Below, in pieces: positions 13,537 to 27,288 of a stretch of 64,000 nucleotides of DNA. The stretch is taken from assembly GCA_964016885.1 (NCBI GenBank), contig OZ024759.1, forward strand, positions 19,840,001-19,904,000. Reading direction: 5' to 3'. The translations under genes were made by a program, and so were the position numbers. Every line of letters begins with the position of its first letter. The stretch's first letter is position 1. The notes beneath the pieces were generated by a model. It saw only the letters and a list, made by a program, of their open reading frames with translations, was not told the DNA's origin and made no database searches. This stretch comes from Eledone cirrhosa. Lineage: Eukaryota.

Positions 13537-14662
13537 CTTCCTCTATATCTCTTTCTCACTTCCATTCTCTCACTCTCTATCCTTCTCTGGAAGAAATCTG
13601 CTGTATTCAGACCTGGAGAGGAGATGGGCTCCGCCAGGTTTTAAAATGCCCTAGAAATACTGTATGTCAATACAGTGTCCTTATGACTCCCTCAGGAGTT
13701 ACGAGACCATACATACATATACACTTTCTTTCTTTAACCTGTTGACTGCCAAGTATATTTTACACAGCGACAGTTGCTGTGCCGATTTTTTTTCTCAGTA
13801 AAATGACTATTTTGATTGACAAAACAAACATCACATCAATAAACTAGTAACCCCATCTAGCTTTGAAGTTATGAACTGTTGGAAACCAGTTCATAACTTT
13901 GAAGTTATGAACTTTTCGGAACGAGTTCATAATTTTGAAGTTATGAAATGTTGAAAAGGAGTTCAAACTTGTTAGAGCGAGTTATTTCATCTACAGCACT
14001 GAAGAGGTTAATTTGTAAATGACATTTCTCTTCAGGTTAAAATTGACATTCCTTTGGTCCATATTTATAGCATGTGCTATGATCAATGATTGACCAGTTA
14101 ATGTTGAAATGCCATACTTTTGTTTTATTGTGGGAGGGTTGTAGTGGTGGTGATATTTTCTTGCTTCTGCTGTTATTTCTATGTTTGTTATGTTATATTT
14201 CATTCGATGGCATTTATGTAGAATATGTGTTGTGAGGGTTGTGCTTTATTGAGTGGTCTTTGTAGAGAGCATGTGTTGTGTGGGTTGTGTTATATTGTCA
14301 GTTGTTATTTATGTGGAATATGTTGGGTGGAGAATGTGTTGTATGGATTGTATTATTGTACCAGGTGGTGATTATATAAAATAGATGTGTTTTAGCATCA
14401 AGTGTTGTTTATGTAGAATATGCTGTGTGGGGTGTGTTATATTATCAGTTGTTATTTGTGTAGAATATGTTGTGTTAAGTTATTGGATGGTGAATAGAGA
14501 AAATATGTGTTGTGTTTAAATATCTGTTGGTGATTGTATAAAGTATCATATTTGACTGCTTATAAGATGCACTTTTTTTTCCAAAAATATCACCCTGAAT
14601 CTTAGAATGTTATGAGACATTTTGGATTACTGGCTAGTGAAGTTTTAGTGCTGCAGTGGCCC

Positions 14663-15147
14663 TTAACCCTTTAGTATTCACATTACTCTATATATACTAT
14701 TATATTTTCACGTTAAAGGCTTTAGCTCGCATAATTATCTCACATTATATCGAATCTCATAGATTCGATATAATTGTTTCTACTTTTGGCACAAGGCCAG
14801 CAATTATCCCAGTGTATTACTGGTACTTTATTTTATCGACCCCAGAAGGATGAAAGGCAAAGTTAACCTCGGCGGGATTTGAACTCAGAATGGCAAATCC
14901 CGCCAAGGTTAACTTTGCCTTTCATCCTTACGGGGTCGATAAAATAAAGTACCAGTAATACACTGGAATAATTGCTGGCCTTGTGACAAAAGTAGAAACA
15001 ATTATATCGAATCTATGAGATTTTGAAAGTATTTATTTTGAGACCAATACCTTAACATCAGTTTGAGCGACCAGTTACAGCCAGTTTCAACAGAAAGAGG
15101 TAGAGAATTCTGGCTGGTTTTGGCTGGTTTGAACATTAAAGGGTTAA
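14663..15147 (+). mobile_element. piggyBac-like (TTAA) MITE interrupted by a foldback SINE
   Basis: TTAA-CCCTTTAGTATTCA ... TGAACATTAAAGGG-TTAA (12/14 TIR match); second partial copy at 26655-26846. Confidence 0.75.
14753..15022. mobile_element. Foldback SINE family A insertion with TSD
   Basis: 14753-14881 is the reverse complement of 14895-15022; ATTATATCGAATCT is directly repeated at 14744 and 15001. Confidence 0.85.
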
Positions 15148-15799
15148 ATTAAACTGCAAACATATCTGCAAATGCAAAGAAGGTGGCAATAGCTTCAACA
15201 CCAACAACAGCTAGAATATTAATAAGTTTCATGATGAATGAAATAAATATATTTCCAGGTTCTTTTGTTTTAAAAATGTACTAAATATTTCAACAAAAAC
15301 TACGAAGTGGAGAATAAAGTAAATTTATTTTCACACTTCCTTATGTTTTAAAAATACACTAAAATATTACAAGAATTGCTATGTAAAATGATAAAATAAT
15401 AAATGTACAAATTTTATACCCAACACCTGACATTCATAGTTTAAACCCATTTATTACTTTGTTTAAAAGGCCTGCCCAAATTGAAGTGTTTTATAAGCTG
15501 TAAAATACAGAATATGTTATGGTGCGGTGTCAGGAAGTGAATGTATACAGAATGTTGTGTCATCTATAGGACATGTTATCAGTTATCAGTTAATATTTTA
15601 TCATCCATACCAGTACAATCTTCTCTGTTGTACACTACATCTAATTCTTCTTCAGATACCCAGTTTGACTCTTCCTCATATACCCAGTAGGTCCATTGAA
15701 TCCTACATCTAATTCTTTATATACCCGGCTTATCTCTATCATACACTGTATTTAAGGGCTCAGGTATTTCTGGTTTTACCCAGTTTGTGTCTATTGCCG

Positions 15800-16432
15800 T
15801 GTAAATTGGTCATATTGGTGTCATGACAAAAACCACCCAGTCCACACTGTAAATTGGTCATATTGGTGTCATGACAAAAACCACCCAGTCTACATTGTAA
15901 AGTGGTTTTATAGATGTCACAGCAAAAACCACCCAGTCCGCACTGTAAAGTGGTCATGTAGGTGTCATGACAAAAAACACCCAGTCTACATTGTAAAGTG
16001 GTTGTATAGGTGCCACAACAAAAACCACCCAGTCCGCACTGTAAAGTGGTCATGTAGGTGTCATGACAAAATACACCCAGTCTACATTGTAAAGTGGTTT
16101 TATAGATGTCACAGTAAAAACCACCCAGTCCGCACTGTAAAGTGGTCATGTAGGTGTCATGACAAAAAACACCCAGTCTACATTGTAAAGTGGTTGTATA
16201 GGTGCCACAACAAAAACCACCCAGTCCGCACTGTAAAGTGGTCATGTAGGTGTCATGACAAAAAACACCCAGTCTACACTGTAAATGTGGTTGGCATTAG
16301 GAAGGGCATCCAGCTGTAGAAACCAAGTCAAAGCTGGTTCTGTTTGAGAAAAACTCTGTCATCTGATCTGACTTGTCTCTTAACAGGCTGTCTAACACTT
16401 GCTAGCATGGAAAAATGGATGATGGTGGTGAT
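15800..16432 (+). mobile_element. SINE family B with ~44-bp internal module amplified about 11 times
   Basis: Repeats of CACCCAGTC..CACTGTAAAGTGGT...GTGTCATGACAAAAA, ending in TTAGGAAGGGCATCCAGC and the tail. Confidence 0.8.
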
Positions 16433-17406
16433 GTGTGTATGTTTCTGTGTATGTGGTTATGTGTACATGTGTATGTGTGTCTGTATGTTTGTGTGTCTGT
16501 ATGTTTGTGTGTCTGTATGTTTCTGTGTATGTGGTTATGTGTACATGTGGATGTGTGTCTGTCTGTTTGTGTGAGTGTATGTTTCTGTGTATGTGGTTAT
16601 GTGTATATGTGTGTGTGTGTCTGTGTGTGTATGTTTCTGTGTATGTGGTTATGTGTATGTATGTGTGTGTCTGTTTGTGTGTATGTGGTTATGTATTTGT
16701 ACATGTGTGCGTATGCATGTATGTATCTTTGTGTGTATGTGGTTATGTATTTGTATATGTGTGTGTATGTTTGTGTGTATATGGTTACGTATCTGTACGT
16801 GCGTGTGTATGTTTGTGTGTATGTGGTTATGTGCTTGTACATGTATGTATGTATGTGTTTGTGTGTATGTGGTTATGTATCTGTACATGTGTGTATGTGT
16901 GTGTATATATATATATATGCGCGTGTGTGTGTGTGTTTATAAAGATTATATTTGTAATTACCTCTCACTCCCACCCCTTTTAACACCATTTACTGTGTCA
17001 CTCAATTCACCCACCCTCCCTCACACTCTCACTCAACCTCACCCTCCCTCACACCATCACTCAACCTTACATCTTCTCACTCAACCAGCCTACCACCCAG
17101 CACACTCCACCAAAGACTGAGTTCACTTCCTGCAAGAAAGAAACCACACTCACATACACACATAACCATGCATACACACACACACACATAACCATGCATA
17201 CATACACACACACACATAACCATGCATACATACACACGCACACATAACCATGCATACACACACACATAAAACCATGCATATACACACACACATAAAACCA
17301 TGCATACACACACATAAAACCATGCATATCCACACACACACACACACATAACCATGCATATACACAAACACAGTCACACAACTACATGTATATGTATTTG
17401 TGTGAC

Positions 17407-17443
<37 letters not shown>

Positions 17444-17949
17444 TACACATATACATATATACAGAGCTGCAGATTCACATTACATAAAGACAAACATAAC
17501 CATACCCCCCCCCACACACACACACATGCTCACACACTCTAACACACACACATACACACGTATACCCATCTCTTCTGACCTTTTAATTTTCCTTCTCTGT
17601 TCCTTCCACTTTTAAGATATAACCAGACCCCTGTACTTCCAGGTGACCTTTTACCATATTATCATCTTATGGTTTCAGCACAACCACTGCCACTACTGCC
17701 GCTACTACCATTACTATAACTACCACCACCACAACTGCAATCACAAACTTTGTGACCATCATCACCACTACAACTGCAATTGTCATCATCACCATCAACA
17801 AAAAACACCATCAGCACCACCAATACTGTAACCAAAACAACTACCACTACCACCACAACAACCACCAACACAACCATCGTCATCACAACCAACAACAACA
17901 ACATCATTTTAAAGGATTTAGTAATATAGTTATCTCGTTTAGTTGGTAT

Positions 17950-18340
17950 TTGGTAGTGTTAGTGCCATGATAAAATACACCCTGTACACTCTGTAAAGTG
18001 ATAGTGCTAGTACCACGATAAAATACACCCTGTACACTCTGTAAAGTGAATAGTACTGGTGCCAAGATGAAATACACCCAGTATACTCTGTAAAGTGATA
18101 GTGTTGGTACCATGGTAAAAGCACTAAGCACACTCCGTAAAGTGCTAGTGCCACAATAAAAGCCTTCAGCCCCTCAGTCAGGAGGTAAAAGCAGTGCTGT
18201 GCTAAACAGAGCCTGGTTCATGCCATGAAATGATTAATGTTAGGAAAAGTATCTAACCATAAAAACCATGCCAAAATGGAATACACAACCCTGAGCACCT
18301 TTTTGAATTCCATCTGTCTAACACCCATGGACATGCTTAC
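17950..18340 (+). mobile_element. Old SINE family B-related copy with internal module repeats
   Basis: ATACACCC.GTACACTCTGTAAAGTG x4, TTAGGAAAAGTATC, GTCTAAC tail remnant. Confidence 0.55.
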
Positions 18341-18369
18341 CAAATCAGAAAATGGTAAAGATCCCGTTG

Positions 18370-19055
18370 ACTTTTGAAAACATTTTTTCATGTCCAGAGT
18401 TGCTGAAGCATGGAACAAACTACCTGCATTAATTGTTAGCTGTTGGGACACGGCACCCTTCAAAACTTCCATGGAACAAACTACCTGCATCAGTTGTTAG
18501 CTGTTGGGACACTGCATCCTTTAAAACCTCCATTGAACAAACTACCTGCATCAGTTGTTAGCTGCCAAGACACTGCATCCTTTAAAACCTCCATGGAACA
18601 AACTACCTGCATCAGTTGTTAGCTGTCGAGACACTGCATCCTTTAAAACCTCCATGGAACAAACTACCTGCATTAATTATTAGCTGTTGGGACACGGCAC
18701 CCTTCAAAACTTCCATGGAACAAACTACCTGCATCAGTTGTTAGCTGTTGGGACACTGCATCCTTTAAAACCTCCATTGAACAAACTACCTGCATCAGTT
18801 GTTAGCTGTCGAGACACTGCATCCTTTAAAACCTCCATGGAACAAACTACCTGCATTAATTGTTAGCTGTCTAGACACTGCATCCTTTAAAACCTCCATT
18901 GAACAAACTACCTGCATCAGTTGTTAGCTGCCAAGACACTGCATTCTTTAAAACCTCCATGGAACAAACTACCTGCATTAATTGTTAGCTGTTGGGACCC
19001 GGCATCCTTCAAAACTTCCATGCTTCCTTGAAATTTGCCAACACTACACCTGATA
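18370..19055 (+). mobile_element. CR1/L2-type LINE 3' end with a 61-bp segment tandemly amplified about 10 times
   Basis: First unit translates FFMSRVAEAWNKLPALIVS...FK, matching the F..RV...WN.LP..V...FK C-terminal motif; TGGAAC at 18411 and 18472. Confidence 0.75.
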
Positions 19056-19133
19056 TTCCCGCTCCATACACATGCACGCATGTATATATGTCTGTGTGTA
19101 TATCATGACTCATACACTGTTCACTTTCCTGAC

Positions 19134-19350
19134 TGGATTAGCAGTGTCGTTAGAGCATCAGACAACATGCTTTATGGCATAGGGTTATGCCCCTTTATGA
19201 TCTGAGTTCAAATCCTGCTGAGGTTAACATTGCCTTTCCTCTTTACGGGGTCGATAATATAAAGTACCAGTAATGCACTAGGGTCGATTTAATCGACTTT
19301 TCCACTCCCTGCACATTGTGGGCCTTATGCTTAAATCAGAAACCATTATT
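19134..19350 (+). mobile_element. SINE family A (long variant)
   Basis: B-box GAGTTCAAATCC; GGGGTCGATAATATAAAGTACCAG; ends CAGAAACCATTATT. Confidence 0.8.
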
Positions 19351-19453
19351 CTATGTACTATACATGCACCTTTGATGAGTTGTAGTGCACCTGAGCACTG
19401 TACACAATTTTCATTATCATATAGTCATTTTTTGAAGATGTTTGATGTTGCAT

Positions 19454-19519
<66 letters not shown>

Positions 19520-19579
19520 CTTTGGTGTTATTTACTCTACATTTGTATACCATACAGGCATTTGCCCTTCAGGGGTCAG

Positions 19580-20220
19580 TTTTCTGGAACATAACACAAC
19601 AGAGGTTCTTAAATAAAATTATGATGGGAAGTTTTTAGATAAATATAAACATTTTAACCCTTTCCTTACATTATATATTTAATAGAAATAATAAAAAATG
19701 TGAAGAGATTTTGTAATATAACTTTCTCGGTATTAAATTGGTCATTGGAACATAAAGGTTTTAACATAAAATTATGATGGCACGTTTTTAGATAAATATA
19801 AACACTTTAACCCTTTCCTTACTATATTTCTAATAGAAATAATCAAGAATTTGGAGTTATAACTAAGCTGGTGCTTGTAATATAACTTAACAAAGGTTCT
19901 TACATAAAATTATGATGGCACGTTTTTAGATAAATATAAACACTTTAACCCTTTCCTTACTATATTTCTAATAGAAGTAATCAAGAATTTGGAGTTATAA
20001 CTAAGCTGGTGCTTGTAATATAACTTAACAAAGGTTCTTACATAAAATTATGATGGCACGTTTTTAGATAAATATAAACACTTTAACCCTTTCCTTACTA
20101 TATTTCTAATAGAAGTAATCAAGAATTTGGAGTTATAACTAAGCTGGTGCTTGTAATATAACTTAACAAAGGTTCTTACATAAAATTATGATGGCACGTT
20201 TTTAGATAAATATAAACATT
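19580..20220 (+). repeat. Tandem truncated copies (138-bp period) of a TTAA MITE left part
   Basis: TTAACCCTTTCCTTAC at 19654, 19807, 19945, 20083 and 20221. Confidence 0.85.
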
Positions 20221-22740
20221 TTAACCCTTTCCTTACTATATTTCTAATAGAAGTAATCAAGAATTTGAAGGGATTTAGTAATATAACTTTCTCATTATTA
20301 AACAAAACCCGCTGAGGTTAACTTTGCCTTTCCTCTTTACGGGATCGATAAAATAAAGTACCAGTAATACACTGGGTAATTGCTGGCCTTGTGCCAAAAG
20401 TAGAAACAATGATTAAACTGGTCTTTGGAACATAACATAACAAAGGTTTTAACATAAAATTATGATGGTAAGGTTTTAAATAAATATAAACATGTTAAAC
20501 AACTTTATCATGTAGAACCAGGGTTTGAACCAGGGTTTGAACCAGGGTTTGAACCAGGGTTTGAACCAGGGTTTGAACCAGGGTTTGAACCAGGGTTTGA
20601 ACCAGGGTTTGAACCAGGGTTTGAACCAGGGTTTGAACCAGGGTTTGAACCAGGGTTTGAACCAGGGTTTGAACCAGGGTTTGAACCAGGGTTTGAACCA
20701 GGGTTTGAACCAGGGTTTGAACCAGAGTTTGAACCAGGGTTTGAACCAGGGTTTGAACCAGGGTTTGAACCAGGGTTTGAACCAGGGTTTGAACCAGAGT
20801 TTGAACCAGGGTTTGAACCAGAGTTTGAACCAGGGTTTGAACCAGGGTTTGAACCAGAGTTTGAACCAGGGTTTGAACCAGGGTTTGAACCAGGGTTTGA
20901 ACCAGGGTTTGAACCAGGGTTTGAACCAGGGTTTGAACCAGGGTTTGAACCAGAGTTTGAACCAGGGTTTGAACCAGGGTTTGAACCAGGGTTTGAACCA
21001 GGGTTTGAACCAGGGTTTGAACCAGGGTTTGAACCAGGGTTTGAACCAGGGTTTGAACCAGGGTTTGAACCAGGGTTTGAACCAGGGTTTGAACCAGGGT
21101 TTGAACCAGGGTTTGAACCAGGGTTTGAACCAGGGTTTGAACCAGGGTTTGAACCAGGGTTTGAACCAGGGTTTGAACCAGGGATTGAACCAGGGTTTGA
21201 ACCAGGGTTTGAACCAGGGTTTGAACCAGGGTTTGAACCAGGGTTTGCACCAGGGTTTGCACCAGGGTTTGCACCAGGGTTTGAACCAGAGTTTGAACCA
21301 GAGTTTGAACCAGGGTTTGAACCAGGGTTTGAACCAGGGTTTGAACCAGGGTTTGAACCAGGGTTTGAACCAGGGTTTGAACCAGGGTTTGAACCAGGGT
21401 TTGAACCATGGTTTGAACCATGGTTTGAACCAGGGTTTGAACCAGGGTTTGAACCAGGGTTTGAACCAGGGTTTGAACCAGGATTTGAACCAGGGTTTGA
21501 ACCAGGGTTTGAACCAGGGTTTGAACCAGGGTTTGCACCAGGGTTTGAACCAGAGTTTGAACCAGGGTTTGAACCAGAGTTTGAACCAGGGTTTGAACCA
21601 GAGTTTGAACCAGAGTTTGAACCAGAGTTTGAACCAGAGTTTGAACCAGGGTTTGAACCAGGGTTTGAACCAGGGTTTGAACCAGGGTTTGAACCAGAGT
21701 TTGAACCAGGGTTTGCACCAGGGTTTGAACCAGAGTTTGAACCAGGGTTTGAACCAGAGTTTGAACCAGGGTTTGAACCAGGGTTTGAACCAGGGTTTGA
21801 ACCAGGGTTTGAACCAGGGTTTGAACCAGGGTTTGAACCAGAGTTTGAACCAGGGTTTGAACCAGAGATTGAACCAGAGTTTGAACCAGGGTTTGAACCA
21901 GAGTTTGAACCAGGGTTTGAACCAGGGTTTGAACCAGGGTTTGAACCAGGGTTTGAACCAGGGTTTGAACCAGGGTTTGAACCAGGGTTTGAACCAGGGT
22001 TTGAACCAGGGTTTGAACCAGGATTTGAACCAGGGTTTGAACCAGGGTTTGAACCAGGGTTTGAACCAGGGTTTGAACCAGGGTTTGAACCAGGGTTTGA
22101 ACCAGGGTTTGAACCAGGGTTTGAACCAGAGTTTGAACCAGGGTTTGAACCAGAGTTTGAACCAGGGTTTGAACCAGGGTTTGAACCAGGGTTTGAACCA
22201 GGGTTTGCACCAGGGTTTGCACCAGGGTTTGAACCAGAGTTTGAACCAGGGTTTGAACCAGGGTTTGAACCAGGGTTTGAACCAGGGTTTGAACCAGGGT
22301 TTGCACCAGAGTTTGCACCAGGGTTTGAACCAGGGTTTGAACCAGGGTTTGAACCAGGGTTTGAACCAGGGTTTGAACCAGGGTTTGAACCAGGGTTTGA
22401 ACCAGGGTTTGAACCAGGGTTTGAACCAGGGTTTGAACCAGGGTTTGAACCAGGGTTTGAACCAGGGTTTGAACCAGGGTTTGAACCAGGGTTTGAACCA
22501 GGGTTTGCACCAGGGTTTGCACCAGGGTTTGAACCAGGGTTTGCACCAGGGTTTGAACCAAGGTTTGCACCAGGGTTTGCACCAGGGTTTGCACCAGGGT
22601 TTGAACCAGGGTTTGAACCAGGGTTTGAACCAGGGTTTGCACCAGGGTTTGAACCAGAGTTTGCACCAGAGTTTGCACCAGGGTTTGAACCAGGGTTTGA
22701 ACCAGGGTTTGAACCAAGCAATTTGGTAACAAAAGAGTTA
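20221..22740 (+). mobile_element. piggyBac-like MITE containing a SINE fragment (20304-20414) and the 12-bp array
   Basis: Left end TTAACCCTTTCCTTAC; right end GGTAACAAAAGAGTTAA (degenerate inverted match). Confidence 0.55.
20515..22717. repeat. 12-bp minisatellite (GAACCAGGGTTT)n, about 183 copies
   Basis: Direct inspection; variants GCACCA and CAGAGT. Confidence 0.98.
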
Positions 22741-22779
22741 ATCTCTTATCTCTCTCCCCCTCGTTGTTCATCATCATAT

Positions 22780-23298
22780 TCTTCTTCTATGCTTTCTTCT
22801 TCTTCTTCTTCTTCTTCTTTTTCTTCTTCTTTGCCTTCTTCTTCTTTGCCTTCTTCTTCTTCTTCTTCTTCTTCTTCTTCTTCTTCTTTGCCTTCTTCTT
22901 CTTCTTTGCCTTCTTCTTCTTCTTCTTCTTCTTCTTCTTTGCCTTCTTCTTCTCCTTCTTCTTCTGCTTCTTCTTCTTCTTCTTCTTCTTCTTCTTCTTC
23001 TTCTTCTTCTCCTTTGTCTTCTTCTTCTTCTTCTTCTTCTTCTTCTTCTTTTTCTTCTTCTCCTTTGTCTTCTTCTTCTTCTTCTTCTTCTTCTTTGTCT
23101 TCTTCTTCTTCTTCTTCTTCTTCTTCTTCTTTTTCTTCTTCTCCTTTGTCTTCTTCTTCTTCTTCTTCTTCTTTGCCTTCTTCTTCTTCTTCTTCTTCTT
23201 CTTTGCCTTCTTCTTCTTCTTCTTCTTCTTCTTCTTCTTCTTCTTCTTCTTCTTCTTCTTCTCATTCTCCTTCTTCTTCTTTGCCTTCTTCTTCTTCC
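22780..23298. repeat. (TTC)n trinucleotide repeat
   Basis: Direct inspection. Confidence 0.95.
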
Positions 23299-23804
23299 AC
23301 CTGCTGACCTTTCAAAATGACCCACCCACCCCCTACATCCACCCTCAATTAACAGACCGTTTTATATAACCCTACTCCCCACCACAACCTCCAGCACCCA
23401 CAATCAACTTTCCCCACCCTTCCAAAATATGACCTCAAGGGAAATAGGGCACTTCCTGTTATTTAGCAAGGAAGTTAACTTTTTTTTTTTTTTAAAGGGG
23501 AGAGAACTCCACCCTCGCCCCACCCACCCACCCACCCCCAAATCCACCACCGCACCACCACGATCACCACCCCACCAACATGATCACCACAACCACCATC
23601 ATGACCACCCCACCACCACCACTCCATCACCACTCCACCACAACCATCACCATCAACTATCAACAGCCCCCCCACCCCCCACCCCCACCATCACCCCCCA
23701 CCACCCCAACATCACCACCATTTTTTTTTATATATAAAGAGGGTCACTCACCCCCACCAGCACCACTTCCTTTGCTTTTAAAGAAAAATGGTGCAATTTG
23801 TAGT

Positions 23805-24527
23805 AATGTGTGTGTGTGTGTGTGTGTCTCAATGTGTGTGTATGTGTGTGCATACGTGTGTATGTATGTGTCAGTGTGTGAATGTGTGTGTGCATACGTG
23901 TGTATGTATGTGTCAATGTGTATGTGGGCACGCGTGTGTATGTATGTGTCTATGTGTATGTATGTGTCAATGTGTATGTGTGCATGCATGTGTATGTATG
24001 TGTCAATGTGTATGTGTGCATGCATGTGTATGTATGTGTCAATGTGTATGTGTGCATGCATGTGTATGTATGTGTCAATGTGTATGTGTGCATGCGTGTG
24101 TATGTATGTGTCAATGTGTATGTGTGCACGCGTGTTTATGTGTGTACGCGTGTTTATGTGTGTGTCAATGTGTATGTGTGCACGTGTGTGTGTGTAAGTG
24201 TCAATGTGTATGTGTGCACGTGTGTGTGTATGTGTGCACGTGTGTGTGTATGTATGTGTCGATGTGTATGTGTGCACGTGTGTATGTGTCAATGTGTATG
24301 TGTGCACGTGTGTGTGTATGTATGTGTCAATGTGTATGTGTACACGTGTGTGTGTATGTATGTGTCAATGTGTATGTGTGCACGCGTGTGTTTATGTGTG
24401 TGTCAATGTGTATGTGTGCACGTGTGTGTGTGTATGTGTCAATATGTATGTGCGCACGCGTGTGTGTATGTATGTGCGTACATGAGTGTGTGTATCTTGT
24501 TAGCACGCATGTATATATATATATATA

Positions 24528-24565
<38 letters not shown>

Positions 24566-25114
24566 TACATGAGTGTGTGTATCTTGTTAGCATGCATATA
24601 TATATAGAGAGAGATGTGTGTGTGTATGTGATGATGCTTATATGTTGCTTGCAAACTTGTATTGGGGGTGTGTGTATGTATGTATGTTATGAAATGTGTG
24701 TGTGTATGTATGTATGTTATGAAATGTGTGTGTGTATGTATGTATGTTATGAAATGTGTGTGTGTATGTATGTTGTGAAATGTGTGTGTGCCAAGAATGT
24801 ATGCATATGTATATATATATACATGTATGTTGTGAAAATTGCGTGTGTGTATGTTTCTGTGTGTGTGTGTGTGTCTCTGTGTGTGTGTATGTTGTGAAAA
24901 TTGTGTGTGTGTATGTTTCTCTGTGTGTGTGTATGTTGTGAAAATTGTGTGTGTGTGTTGTTTCTGTGTGTGTGTGTGTTTCTGTGTGTGTGTGTGTGTG
25001 TATGTTGTAAAAATTGTGTGTGTGTGTGTGTGTTTCTGTGTGTGTGTGTGTGTGTGTGTGCTAAGAATATACATGTATGTATGTGTGTATATGCATGTAT
25101 CTGTGTGTTTAGAC

Positions 25115-25146
<32 letters not shown>

Positions 25147-25348
25147 TGTATGTATGTATGTGTGTATGTATATATGTATGTATGTATGTGTGTGTATGTA
25201 TGTGTGTGTATGTACGTGTGTGTGTGTGTATGTGTGTGTGTATGTGTGTGTGTATGTATGTATGTGTGTATGTATGTGTATATGTATGTGTGTTATCTCT
25301 TAATTTTGAGTATATTTTTTTTGACTGGCCACCATCCTAGTGGCAAGG

Positions 25349-25391
<43 letters not shown>

Positions 25392-26350
25392 TGTGTATGT
25401 GTGTATGTATGTGCGTATGTATATATGTATGTGTGTGAAGAATCTACATGTATGTATGAATGTGCGTTTGCATTGACTACACATAAGTATGTATGTATAT
25501 ATGTGTGTGTGTGTGTATGTATATATATGTGTATGTGTGTGTATATATTATATATATATGTGTGTGTGTTAAATCAAATATGTAATTCACAGAAGACTGT
25601 CCCCTTCCCTCAAAACAGCCAACCCACCCCACCCACCCTGCCATGACCCCCCCCCCCCCCCCAACCACCCACCAAAAATTAAAAGGGAATTAGAGAAAGA
25701 AAGAGACAACCATCTTAACCTTTGACCCTAACATTAAGTATTTCAACACATTTCTATCCCACACAGGTCTTTCCCACCTCTCACATATACACATAGACAC
25801 ACACATATATATATATATATTTACATATGTGTGTGTGTGCGTGTGTGTGTATATATATTTATACATACATATAGAAAGCTGTACATTTGTATAAATATAT
25901 ACACACACACATATGTAAATATATATATATATATATATGTGTGTGTTTGTGTGTGTATATATATTTATACATACATATAGACAGCTGTACATTTATATAT
26001 ATATATATATATATATGCACACATACATACATACATACACACACATTTATATATATATACACACACACACACACATACATACACACACATTCATTTATAT
26101 ATTATACATATAGACAGCTGTACATATACACACATATTTACACACACACACACATTTATATATATATATACACACATATATATATACACACATACATACA
26201 CACATATATATATAGACACATACATACACACACATTTATATATATATACACATACATACATACACACACATTCATTTATATACATACATATAGACAGCTG
26301 TACATATACACATATTTACATATACACATATTTATACACACACACACATA
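23805..26350. repeat. (TG)n/(TA)n/(CA)n compound microsatellites
   Basis: Direct inspection; short unique interruptions. Confidence 0.9.
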
Positions 26351-26472
26351 AATACAAAAATTGCAACTAAGGAAAATCCCACTAAGACAAAATTTACATA
26401 TTTGTGGGAAAAAGAAATTCAAAATTTACATATTTGTAGGAAAAAGAAATTCAAAATGTTCAAGAGATAGGC

Positions 26473-26654
26473 AATAATTGTTTCTACGTTAGGCACAAGG
26501 CCAGCAATTACCCAGTACATTACTGGTACTTTATTTTATCGACCCCGTAAGGATGAAAGGCAAAGTTAACCTCGGCGGGATTTGAACTCAGAATGGAAAG
26601 GTATGGCCCTTGCCATTCTGAGTTCATATCCCGCCAAACGTAGAAACAATTATT
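26473..26654 (-). mobile_element. SINE family A with a short, internally deleted foldback arm
   Basis: GAACTCAGAATGG ... CCATTCTGAGTTC turn; AATAATTGTTTCTACGTT and AACGTAGAAACAATTATT form the inverted ends. Confidence 0.75.
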
Positions 26655-26846
26655 TTATATATACTATTATATTTTAATGGTTAAGGCTTTACCTCACATA
26701 ATATCTCACATAATATCGAATCTATGAGATTTTGAAAGTATTTATTTTGAGAACAATACCTTAACATCAGTTTGAGCGACCAGTTACAGCCAGTTTCAAC
26801 AGAAAAAAGTAGAGAATTCTGGCCGGCTTGAACAGTAAAGGGTTAA
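26655..26846 (+). mobile_element. TTAA MITE, 5'-truncated (family of 14663-15147)
   Basis: High similarity to 14690-14757 plus 15015-15147; ends AAAGGGTTAA. Confidence 0.8.
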
Positions 26847-27132
26847 TAAACACGTGTAGATATATACATATATATACGTATATATATATATACATGAAAA
26901 AAATTGGGATGTACGAATAAAATCGTCTCTCATATTTATTGTAATAAAACTCCAGATGAACAAAGACTGTACACTGCTTCATGTCTGATACAGAATAGGT
27001 TGGCAGATTTATAATCAACCAAATTTTCTCAATTGTATTATATATATATATATATATATGTACACACATACATACATATGTGTGTATAAATAAATACATA
27101 CATAGATATATATATACACATGTATATATGTG

Positions 27133-27167
<35 letters not shown>

Positions 27168-27228
27168 ATATAAGTACATTCTTAGATATATGAATACACA
27201 TGAATATATATATATATATATGCATATA

Positions 27229-27261
<33 letters not shown>

Positions 27262-27288
27262 GTGTATGTATATGTATATATATATATA

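Noticed and set aside
20515-22717. Interstitial telomere
   Set aside because: The unit is GAACCAGGGTTT, not TTAGGG.
20495-22777. 730-760 aa ORFs (LVQT, GSNP, NQGL repeats)
   Set aside because: A stop-free 12-bp repeat open in several frames, with no unique coding flank.
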